Shown piece by piece: positions 34,985 through 46,700 of a stretch of DNA of 64,000 bases (position 1 is the first letter of the stretch; every line of letters begins with the position of its first letter). The stretch lies in assembly GCA_043228905.1 (NCBI GenBank), contig JBHGNT010000009.1:12462001-12526000 (forward strand), given 5' to 3'. A program made the translations under genes and the position numbers. Source of the stretch: Azolla caroliniana. Taxonomy: Eukaryota > Plantae > Polypodiophyta. The notes under the pieces were generated by a model. It was not told the origin of the DNA and did not search any database. It saw only the letters and a program-made list of their open reading frames with translations.

Positions 34985-37900
34985 ATAGTTAGAGAAAAAG
35001 CATGGATTACTTTTAGAAAAAGCATGTTAGAGAAAGCATATAGTCTATAGTTAGAGAAAAAGCATGGATTGCTAAGACTCTCTCATCACTATATAAGGAT
35101 GTGGAGCACAATGTAATAAGGGGGGGGAAAATAAAAAAATAATGAGGTGATTATTAGAGTCTAAATATTGATTAATATAATACTCATGGGATTCGCGAGT
35201 TTTTGATCTCTCTTTTCCAATCTATTCCAATCAATTCCAATCGAATCCAAAGTATAATTAGGGTTAAATATTAATAAAACTAAACAAAACTATATTCGTG
35301 GGATTCACGAATTTCTATCTCTCTTTCTTATAATCTATTCATAACTAGACTCATCTCAAATTCTTCCTCCGCCTAGTCCAAAACCCCAATGGTTCCCACC
35401 CGACTCACGCAACGATCCGACGCCGAAAGGCACGACACAATTTGGTGAACCTGACATGAAGACGGATGACAAGGAGATGGAGAATCAACAAGAGGCGATG
35501 AACACGATGATGATGATGTTCGAGCGGATGCTACAAGAACAACAAGCGATGTCGGAGATCACAGTGGTAGTAAAGCGGCTCGTACAATGAAACGGACAAT
35601 TCAACGGAAAGGATGCATCACGCTATCTACGTGACTACAAGGCGGAGATGATACGATGTGGGATACCGGAAGGATTGCAAGTGATATCCTTCAATCGGGT
35701 AGCCACCGATGAGTTACAAGAGAGAATCTACAAGATACGGCAACAAAACCCAACATGGGGGTCCTTTGAAGAAGCTTTACGAGAGGCATATGACTACGAG
35801 AGATCAAAGGGACAAGATCGACGCGAGTTTCACCAGTGGGTGGCATCAACGAAGACCCACCGAAGCGCAACACAAGCATTCCTAGAGTTCGAGCATCATT
35901 TTGCTCGACTCTCGGAGCGGGAACAAAGATTGGTGGGGGAGGATAAAGTCCTAATGTTCATAAGATCGATTGATCGAAAAGAAAGGATAGACATCAGGAT
36001 CGAACTCGAAGATGATGACGGTACAAATGGTCTTACCGAGGATTGGGTTGAAGTCGAAAGAGTATGCCGAACACATGATAAGAGGAAGACGAGAATCTCG
36101 TCGGCAACAACATGGCCTATAAGGGATGATCGATTGAGGATGAATGATGTGTCTGAGACAAAGGCCGAAGTACGATACATCAGTACCACGAGAGAGGGTA
36201 TAGAAGAAGGCATCCTCTTGTCTTGCGAAAGAACGATGGCTAAGGATAAGACCGATAACTTGAGAGTGGCGAACACCACTTCAAGGGTGGAAGAAGGTTT
36301 CGGGATACGAGTGTTTGAAATATCAAGAGAGAAAGGGGTAAGCATAATCGATGCTTGCATGATCAAGGGAGATAAAGAGTGCGAGGCGGACATGATTAAG
36401 GAGGTAGACACGAAAGATGACATCGAGTCGGAGGTGGCTATGGACGAGTCAATGGCGAATGGCCGTGTCGAGACTTTCCCACCACTAATTCCAGAGACTT
36501 TGGCGGTTGCGTTCGAAAGGCAACGTGAGACCGAAGAGATGGAAGGTGGCGGAGAGAAAACGAAGGTCGAAGCCGATTCATACAATGGAGAGATAGTCGA
36601 GAAGGTGGCTATGGGTGAAACGACGGGGGACGATAATACCGAGTATTCCTGCCCACTAATTCTAGAAACTTTGGCGGTTGTATCCGAGAACCAACGTGAG
36701 ACAAGAGAGACGGGAGATGGCGACAAGGAAGGTAAAGTCGAAAGTCAGTTCGAATGGAAGATGATCCCGTCCGAAATTCCAATCTAAACGAAAGCCAAAC
36801 GAAGCAGAAGTGGATTCAGCCGAAATCTGATCGGTCGAGCTCGACCCAGATGGAAATCGTTCCAGCCGGAAGCCGATCGGATGAGACCAATCCAGAAAGA
36901 AGCTAATACGACTCAATCGGAGGTTGAACCGGTCAAGGCAGGTGAACACGAGGAAAAGGAATCCAACCCAAACCAAAACCGATCGGTCGAACCCAAACCA
37001 AAAGGGGGCCAACTCAGTTGAAACCGATCAACCGAGTCTGATTCGGCCAAACGCGAATACGGATGGAAGCCGACCTAACTGAAAGCCAATCAAACAAGAC
37101 CGTTCCGGAAAGAAGCTAATACGACTCAACCAGAGGTCAAAACAATCGAGGCCAGTGAACACGAGGAAGAGGCCAAGCAGGCACACTACCACAGACGACA
37201 AGGGCAAAGCAGATTTGAAGGGTGTTACTGAGGATGAGATCTCGACAAAGAAGGATGGCTCTAACATGAAAATTGTCAACTCTAACGCGAGATTGTACGA
37301 CGAAGGTGGACGAAGTGCGGAGTGTCTTGACTAAGGAGACAGTCGGAACGAAGGTGGCACAAGCACGAGACATGAAGGATTATGCTCAAGAGGAGCACAA
37401 GGAGTCATGACAACTAGTCATGGCCATGCAAAGAGTGAATGAAGAATATGGTGGATCAGATGGCGACAATGGTTTGGGTGGAAGGAATGGACATGCTCAA
37501 AATGGAGAGACAAAGTCAACATTGCGAGAGAAATTGAGGATATTACGGATGAAAGAGAATATCGAGCTCCAACAACTTCGGCACATACCGGAGGATGTGC
37601 AGGTTTGGAGGGGGTGAGTGTCATAGTGTATTTCGTACACTACGTGAAAAACGTATAAAGTACCAGATTTAATAAATATGAAGAAAACGAAGAAAATATG
37701 AGACTACATGTTACATGCACAGGGCAAGATTCAAACCTTGTACCTCCATGTTAATAATTTGAAGCATTACCATTGCAATAACACATCATGCATGTCAAAA
37801 AAGCAGATATCCCACATCAAAAGGTTTAGTTAGATGAAAAACGCATGATAGAAAAAAGCTACACATGTATAGTCGATAAAAACGCATGAGGTTAGAAAAA

Positions 37901-38344
37901 AAAAGCATGTTAGAGAAAGCGTATAGTCTATAAATAGAGAAAGCATATAGTTTATAGTTAGAGAAAAAGCATGGATTGTTAAGACTCTCTCATCACTATA
38001 TAAGGATGTGGAGCACAATGTAATAAGGGGGAAAAAAACAAAAAAATAATGGGGTGATTATTAGAGTCTAAATACTGATTAATATAATACTCATGGGATT
38101 CACGAGTTTTTGATCTCTCTTTTCCAATCTATTCCTATCGATTCCAATTGAATCCAAAGTATAATTAGGGTTAAATATTAATAAAACTAAAAAAAACTAT
38201 ATTCGTGGGATTCACGAATTTCTATCTCTCTTTCTTATAATCTATTCATAACTAGACTCATCTCAAATTCTTCCTCCTCCTAGTCCAAAACCCCAGTGGT
38301 TCCCACCCGACTCACGCAACGATCCGACGCCGAAAGGCACGACA
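34985..38344 (+). mobile_element. Non-autonomous gag-only Gypsy element J (D-family LTR), inserted in G gag
   Basis: Truncated 5' LTR 34985-35437 and full 3' LTR 37619-38344 (TGTCAT...CACGACA). Degenerate tRNA-Trp PBS 35443-35460. PPT ~37608-37618. Gag-like frame 35456-36787. No PR, RT, RH or IN motifs. Confidence 0.88.
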
Positions 38345-40314
38345 ACGTAAGTAGAGGCTGGACAATCACCTTGACGTAATCATCGGATTTTGTTGATTTC
38401 CGTCCTTATGCTATTAGTATCTCCAAAACAGGCTTTAAACTCGCTTATAAACTCCTCAAAATTATTTAGTAATGGAGATCTTTTCTCTAACAACGGAGCG
38501 AACCATGCCAAAGTTGAGCCGCTCAACAACGGAACCCACTCGTGATGCATCCGTGGGATATTTGGAAGGATGCATTTGAATGACTAATCGTACATGATTA
38601 AGGAATCCTCTGAACTGTGATCGCGTTCCATCGAATTTCATAGGAAGGCTAATCTTGGGCTCTTTATGAATCCCTTGAGTACTTGGTCCTTATTGTTGCA
38701 ATGCTACAATGGTTGCTTCAAGTAGTAGCACGTGTAACGCTAGCTTCCCATGTTGTTGTTGCAACTCCTTGTGTTGTTGTTGCGTTTATTGCTTTTCTAA
38801 AGAGATTTGTTGAAGATCCCCTAACATCTGTTGATTTTCTTGTTCCAATGCAACAAACCTTTCTTTCAAGCATTGCAGCTCCGAGAAAACGGATTGATAT
38901 TCTTGAGCGCTAACAATTGTCATAGTATTGGAGGAAGGAGGGATAAGAGGATTAGTATGAAGGGAGGGAGGAGTAAGAAGATAGAGAAAATTGGTTCAAA
39001 CTATCAAGAATAGTATGAAAGACGGAGAGGGAATTAGTACTAAAGGTAGAGGAGGATGCCTACTATGGGTACTTAAGAGGAAAAGATGGTGTGGAACTCA
39101 CAAGAGAGAGAGAGAGAGAGATGATGGCAATAGAAGATATATATTATAAGGAGAAAGATACAAGAACAACTAGGAGGCTTAAGACTGACGTTGAACTGAA
39201 TTGGTTCTCAATAATGCCATATGCCTCTTTTTATAGCGTGATTAGGAGTATTCTTGACATTTCTAGAATGTTCCAGAGAAATCTAGAATATACATGGAAT
39301 TCCTAAGTGAAATAATAAATGAAAACAATATTTCTCATATTGTAATGTATAAACTTAATGGTAGGGCTTTAACCCATGTGACATAAGGTCATGGCTTCAA
39401 ATCCTTTTGAAGCCTTACCATGCCATATCATGTCATTTGCCAATCTCCCCACATGATCTCAACTTTTGTATGGATTCAATTTTCATGTCTAGGTTTTGGG
39501 TATTTGATTTTTGAGATTTTTGGTCTCCGAAATCAACATTGGATAACTTATGATCTTAAAAACTTTTTATGGCTCGAAATTTGAAGTTTCTAGTATGTTG
39601 AAAACATATTTTTGGTTTTTTAGTGGCCGAACTTTTAATGCCGTGGCAAAATCTAAGATGGAACGATGTTTGGAATGATCTCTAACTTTTTGTTGTACAT
39701 TGGGAAGAAGATTTGCGTGTGTTTTAATTTTAATGGTGGAAGTTTTATATATCAAAAACTCTGTGATCTTGATGTCATATATATTTTTTGGACTTACACA
39801 AGTTTTTTGAAGTTTTTGATGTCAAGCTTTGAGTCGGGCCATTGCCTTGAAGTAGTTGTTCTATTGCTTTGAGTCGGGCGACTACCCTGAGTCGTCAATC
39901 GGGCTATTGCAGTCAAAGAGTCAGGCAATCGAGTGACAGATGAGACGACGGCGTGGCACATATCCTCGGAAACGCATGGCCCAACATTCCCTCCCTCCCT
40001 CCCTCCCTCCCTCGGGAGCCCAACCCAACCCAACTTTTGATTTTGGTAGCAATGAGACACACGAGAGCCTTTCTAAACGACTTAAAATTAATTCACTACA
40101 TATTCCTTCTTCTTTTATTTTAATTATTCCTTCATCATTCAATGAAATTCCTCGCCATCGCCAAAACACACACAGAGAAGACAGAAATTCTCTGTGAATG
40201 AAGACATTCGGATAGCTTCGTGTTTGAAGGAGAAGAAGTAAAAGTTTTCTTTGTACGTTTGCTTGTTTCAAATCAGAACAGAGGAAGAACAAGGTCCAGG
40301 TCTTTGAGATCGGA

Positions 40315-40354
40315 AGAAGAAGAAGAAGAAGAAGAAGAAGAAGAAGAAGAAGAA
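40315..40354 (+). repeat. (GAA)n microsatellite in the putative 5' UTR exon of NPC1
   Basis: About 13 GAA units just before the donor AAG|GTAAGA at 40365/40366. Putative 5' UTR intron 40366-~40661. Confidence 0.85.
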
Positions 40355-40717
40355 GGAAACGAAAGGTAAGAGATGAAATCCAATTCCTATATTTTTAACC
40401 TGATTCTTTCAATCAAGGAAACGGGCCCCTTTGCTGAATTTAGGAATGAATCCTTGTTCTAAAGGTCTAGAAAAAAGGTTCAATTTAGGGATGAATCTTT
40501 GGTCATCTGTTTAATTCAGAAAAGGGATTCCTTTCGTTTATTGTTTTGATTCCCCCTCGAAATATCATAAACACATAGTTAAAGAAAATTTAGTTCTTCC
40601 TAATTGTTGTTTTGATTTCTCCAAACATCTACTGTAAAATTTTACATTGAGTTACTATCAGACCAGATGTGCCGAAGGTGGACCAATTCAATGTATTACT
40701 TCTAATTGATTGAGGAT

Positions 40718-43700
40718 ATGGCGCTACATTCGGGGCTCATCAGTCTGCTTTTCCTGCAGGTAAAATAAAGTATCTATGTGCTCATCTTCATCTCCTTAAA
40801 GTTAACACAAATAATCATTTATAGCCAAGGGAAATGTAGTTAGTGAAATTCAGATGATATTAGACAAAGCATATGTTTATGGAAAAAATTCAGACGACAA
40901 CTTAATGTGATCTACAAGAAATACGCATGGAAGCAATCTAGGGTTTAGTAAGCCATGACATGTTCCCAATTTACTCAGAAACATTTTTAGTACTAAAACT
41001 ATGCATGAAATGTTGAAAAAACCATTGCTTATGACAGAGGAAGAACAAGGTCCAAGTCACATCTCTTCATTTCAATATATTGAAACTTTAGGTTATACTT
41101 GACATTACAAAGTGTTTCCCTCTAGCTTTTCTTTACTGATAACTAATGTTAAAATACCATTAACCTTATGACATTGAAAACTATACATCTGAACCTAACC
41201 CTCTTCTTTCTCATACATTAGTTTGGGGATAATTACTCTAATATTAGAATTGTATACCAATTTCAGTAGAAAATCATTTAATAAAAATATTTGGCCACAT
41301 TAGGATGATGATATGATTATGTAGGATTAAGCATCTTGCATTGTTAGATGATAAATTTATCATCATTAAAAAGGAAAGTTTTGTTGGGAGCTAATTGCAG
41401 TCTCATCTTAATATCTCTAGAGGAGTGGGGGGAGATTCAAGAGGCAGAAAACATGGTTAATGTTTGTGGAAAATGAGAGGAACTCATAGAAAATTACTTA
41501 AAGTATCTTGGGTAAAGGGAGGATATGAACAAACGGAAGAAAAAGAAAGATATATGGAAATGGCGGAGTTTTCTTTGTGAATTAGTCACGACATAACAAG
41601 CATTTGGAGGAGATAGAGATATGCCAATACTATCATAACTTGCACAAACTCTAATTGAAGGATTTGAACGTTTTGTTCACGAAAAGAAGAGATTAAGGGG
41701 TTTCCAAAGATTGAAGATACAGGTAAGGAAGTTGAATCTTGATCTGTTGGTAACCAATACCAAATGGCGGAACCTTCAATGGAAGAGAGGGATGTTGCAT
41801 ATGAATGTGCCGTCAGATTCTTAGTATCTATGACTTCCACCGGTTCTGCATCTAAGATAAGTGCTATGTGAAGGAACTCAAAATGATTTAACATGAGTTC
41901 ATTTCATCAAGCTTCCCCTTGGTAATTATGGGAGGCTATGATCTCAACCTGCCAGGTGACCAACTACTTCCACTTGTTGACATCTTCTGTTGTGCTGCTC
42001 AAACAACCACCAATCGTGTTTAATTGCCGCTGCCTTATAACCAAGGTTGTTAGGTACGTTAGGTATGGTACGGATACCATACGTATATAACGTATTAATA
42101 CCCGTATAGTACCTCCCTATTTAAAAATACGTTAAATACGTTTTCTTAATATGTTAAATACTTATAAAATACGTATTTTACGTATAGTACGTTAAATACT
42201 TCTAGAATTTGAAAATTATTTACCTTTCTAAAAAATATCTATAATATTGTAAAAAACATCTATGTTTACACAATTTTGTGATGTACAATATACTTCTATA
42301 TCCTAAAATGCATATGAGACATTTGAACATTTCACATCCTAAAATACTTGTAGTAATATGGATGTCGACATTCCCTTATTCTATAAATCACTGTAAGTGT
42401 GTATCACGATGTTCTATTTCAAATTGTAATTATTTACAATTATGCCTTCACAGATTGAGGAATCGTCTACGATTATCACACTCATGATAGTTTCTCTTTT
42501 CTTCATTTTCTTCTTCTTCTTCTTCTATCTTCTGCGATTATCACACTCATAGTCAGGACAGGTTTATGTATTCTTTTCTCTCTTCTTCTTCTTCTTCGTC
42601 TTCTTCATCGTCGTCTCTTCTATTCTTCTTTCTTCCTTCCTTTGGCTTCTTTTTCACTAAAATCTTTTTTTTCTTTTGCTTTTTGTTGGGGTTTTACTTA
42701 CATTTTCTTTATAAATACGTATTATACCTGTTTTTTTATAAATACGTTAAATACTGTATTGGACAAATGTACATGATATTTGATTGAACAACATTGAGGT
42801 ATAGTACGTACTATACAAATGATGAGGTACTACCCGTATTTAAACGTTAAATACGGGTACGTAAACAACCATGCTTATAACTGTCTCCTCTTCTTCTTGG
42901 GTTGAGCAAAAGGTGGCATACACACGTTCGTACGCATACCTAGGAGTAACATTCACAAGGCCTAGGTTCTCCTTATGGGAGGCTGCAGGTGCTTGACTTT
43001 CTCATGGATATGTAGCCCTTGGTACTCTCGAAAGACAATGTGCACATTTGTAGTTCCAAGAGCTATGAACTAAATCGTGGCTATTTGACATAGTTGTCAA
43101 ACCAATGCTTCTTTGTGGAGTAGATACGTGGGAACTGAGTCTAAACAAGGCAAATAATTGGATTCATTGGGAACTTTACTCTCAATGATTGCCCATGTGA
43201 TAAGGAACTAAGCATTGGTGCTCCATGATATAATTGTTGGGTCTTCTTTTAAGAGTAGACCAAAGTAAGAAAAACAAACACAAGAAGACCTAAGGAAAGC
43301 AAGACAAACAGAGGGAAGATGGAGGCTGGAAGTGCGTTCTCTATAGATGTTCTCTTACATAGAAGAAGCTGAATAATGATCATCCCTAAGTACTATGTAC
43401 CACCACATATATGAGTGAATCCAATATGTGGTAACATGGGTCAAAAACCTCTAACCACCTCTAGAGTAAAAAGTGCCCATGTATAGGGAAAGAGTTCACA
43501 TCAAAGCTACCAAAGGGAACAGGTAAGTGTAACAATAATTTGGATAGAGATGGGAGCAGCCCCTATAATTATCGAAAACATGGATCGACCTCTAAACATC
43601 ACTTTGTAGGAAGATTGCACACTATAAATTGCTTTTTACACATATCGGAGGATGTATTCATCATCATACCATCTTATAGGGACATACATTTATCCTATGC

Positions 43701-46700
43701 ACTACGCAATGTGATAGGGCTGGGTAAAGGTAAAGAGGGATGTTTGACAAATCAGCTATTGAGAGATGACATTCAGCAAATAGGACTGTAGTAGAGATGA
43801 GAGTAGAGACACGTAGATCTTTGGTGTACCCAACCGCCTTGATTGATACCCACGAATCCGGTAAAGTCATAAGTAGGAAGATAGCTTTGAGCTTGTCATC
43901 AAAAGCTGGTAATCCTGAATCTTGTAGTTGGGAGAGAGTACCTGTGAATAACGATAGATGCTCTGTTGCACCTTTCGACTCATCAAGCCTCATACTGACA
44001 AGTTTTCTCATCAAATGCACCTGATTCACAGGAGTAGTATTCTCGTAAGTTTTCTTAAGTTTCTCCCAAACTTGATGGGCAGTAGTCAAGCCCTTTACAT
44101 CTACAAGAATTTCATCAGAAACAACCATTTTAATATATGTAATGGCCTTCTTATTCAGAGTGTTCCAAGCATCATTTTCCATCCTCTCTGGTTTCTTTTC
44201 TACGAGAGCATCTTCACAATCTCTTAGAAAGAGGATGCCCAGCATACTCTCTTTCCACAATTCGAAACCTTTTCCATTAAATCTCTTGATTTCAAAGAGG
44301 TTTTTCACTTCAGCTGAAGTGGAGGCCATTGCTCCCAAGATTTATGACAGATGCCTTCAGAAATTGAGCAGAATACCAGTAGGAAAGGGTCTGACAGATT
44401 TTTTATTTTTTAAATTTGTGTTTTCTGCTGATTCTGAATCTAAAGAAAAACAGCAAAGCAGAGGAAAGAGATTTGGCTTTGATACCAGTTAAAGGTAAAG
44501 AGGGATGTTTGACAGATCAGCTATTGAGAGATGACGTTCAGCAAACAGGACTGTAGTAGAGATGAGAGTAGAGACACGCAGATCTTTGGTGTACCCAACT
44601 GCCTTGATTGGTACACAAGAAAAAAAGGTTATTATATTAGTTAACCTTACAAAGAAAGTGGTGTGTTCACATTACAAAACGAGGTGTCCTGTCCAGGTGA
44701 ACAATGTGTTAACATATACCTAATTTGTGAACTACGGGCCTTTACATCTAACAGCTGGGAACTTCATCACATCAGTTAGAGATTTAGGTAGATATGCATG
44801 AATACCTTAATACCTCTAGAATTTGCGAATTGTGTCATCATGGAGTGAAATTTGACGAACACTATGTTTGTCACTGTAGCATTCAAATAAGAGGGTGATA
44901 TAGTTGCCTCTTTAACCAAGGGTTTGGCCCACTAGCCAAGGTAATGGAATGTGGGATTTTTCTTGTAGAACTGAAAAGACACAGGGGAAAGTTTTTGAAG
45001 GATAATAGTATAACAACACAAGCTCATCAACAAAGAACAATCACAACTTTCTTTATCCCCATCACTCCGACTCATGCTACAAGTCAATCAAGGGCTACTC
45101 AAATGGGCTCTTGAGCAGGACAAATAATAGAAGTATGTGGGTCATCTAGGTAAGTATGTGATATGGGCATCCCCGGTTACCTAGTGTGTTTGGCACTTCC
45201 ACATCTCCAGTCTCCTATACTTACTGAACAATTGAACATGCTTGGCCTTGGCTATGCCTTCTATAATGTTGCTCACATGTGATAACCATCTAAATGTAGA
45301 AGCTCAAAGATAAGCTCCTTCAAGTTAGCAAACCTTATGTCCTCCACAAAAGATTGGTGGTTGCCATCTTGATGCAGCAGCAGTAATCAGCATATCACGA
45401 CCTCAATATTTTTCCTTGGAAAATGAGATCAATTTGCATATCTGAATCCCCATGTATCTTTGTACGACACATATACCCTTGATAGGCACTTGTTCTTGAC
45501 GTAATACGTTCTTCTATTGGAAGCTCAAGTATTAACATTATCATAGGAGTGGTGACAAATGAGGATTGACTCAGTTCCACCATGTCATTCTCCTTCGAAG
45601 TTTCTTCGAAGTTTCCCAATGGTTCCTTAGTACATGCACTCTGATTGATTACGAGGGGATTGAAAATGTATCCATCTGTGGAATTTTTAGCTAATGGGCG
45701 AAGAATATCTCAAGTGGACAAGAGGGCAACTGATTCTTAAGCAAACATTCTGACAGTTGCAGAGATATGGCAGAGCGAGTTGGTAGGGATATGATAAACT
45801 GTTAAATAATGAGAACAATCGTGGATCGCAGGCTTTATTTTAATGGCTAGCACACTTATGTTTTTTCTCCACACTTGTTTTGTTATTCAATCTTCATTTC
45901 GGAATTTTGTTGCAGGTAATCATACTTGGATCAGACGGTGTATACACATCATCAGAGTATGTGTCCAGTTAATGATTGATCTATTTTGAAAAGCTTCCAA
46001 AAAATTCTGTTTTTTTGTTTTTGTCAATTTAGTTGACATTGTTTTCTACCTGCATTATGTGGTTTTCAGCGGAATTCTACTTTAAAGATTGTAGAACTCA
46101 GTCATTGTTGGGGGATTCTTCTTCTTGTAGTATTATTAGATGTAAAATATTTGAGATTCTATATTACTTAATTTTCTTAAGGTTTTGTTTTGGCTGGTGC
46201 TTGTTTTATACTGGCTAAGCTTTATTTCAATGGAATCTCGACCATTTTAAAGTTTGCTGTCCTTAGATTCTGTTATAGGAGCCATTGTAGATTCAGACAG
46301 TAATCTTGTTTTTTGAGATCATGCAACATCCCACATTTTCTTCACACAAAATTCATTAATCATTCTGGTCATGGGAATACTGTTTCCCCTATTGTTATGC
46401 AATGCATATATAGTCAATTGAGGATTTTTGCCCATCCATCTGTTTCCACAGCAGCCAAGTTGTGCAATTATTTTATCCTGGAAAGGACTATTTCTTTCAT
46501 TCTTGAGCAGGCAGAAACATGAATATAATTACTGTGCAATGTATGGAATCTGTGGGGCTCGGGAGGATGGAAAAGCGTTGAACTGTCCAAACTATGTGCT
46601 GGCAACAGAGGTAGTTTTGTCTTACCATTTCATGTGAATGGAAATTGATTGAGTGTGTCAGTTGATGTTCTCGGAGATTTATTTCAAGTCTATATCTTTC

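Larger units (their letters stand above)
23891..34990 (-). mobile_element. Ty1/Copia element H (related to C), 5'-truncated and interrupted by I
   Basis: 3' LTR 23891-24331. PPT 24332-24340. RH/RT 24470-25902 and 31622-32630, IN 32614-33460, PR 33457-34068, gag to 34990 (NYVSWSYKMHQYLLGHG). All pieces are collinear with C. Confidence 0.92.
19525..39435 (-). mobile_element. Old chromovirus (Tcn1-like Gypsy) element G, host of the MITE, H, I and J
   Basis: Diverged LTRs 19525-19946 and 39002-39435. TSD TTTGT/TTTGC. PPT 19947-19958. Chromodomain in ORF 20026-20358 (YEVAAILDSKIVRNKLYYLVDWLGY). RT/RH 21346-22668 (YLDD). Protease LLDSGA near 23880. Gag remnant 38345-38900. Confidence 0.9.
42937..44963 (+). 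mobile_element. RTE/RTEX-like LINE fragment, split by a solo LTR and Copia K
   Basis: Pieces 42937-43234, 43540-43724 and 44754-44963 match the copies at 63580-63900 and (reversed) 48600-48950. Confidence 0.7.

Noticed and set aside
35896-36726. Long antisense ORFs (also 407-1024, 5475-6236, 6043-6567, 12223-12918)
   Set aside because: Ser-rich shadows of purine-rich retroelement coding strands, with no recognisable motifs.
19862-39408. tRNA-like modules as functional tRNA genes
   Set aside because: A/B boxes are present, but I cannot form acceptor and anticodon stems, so they are not called tRNAs.
42480-42700. Poly-Ser/Phe ORF 42566-42787
   Set aside because: A (TCT)n low-complexity tract inside the hAT element, not a gene.
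44964-45203. Possible solo LTR (TGTAGAA...TTCCACA)
   Set aside because: Flanks TTTCT and TCTCC are not a TSD and no PBS or PPT is evident, so it is left uncalled.
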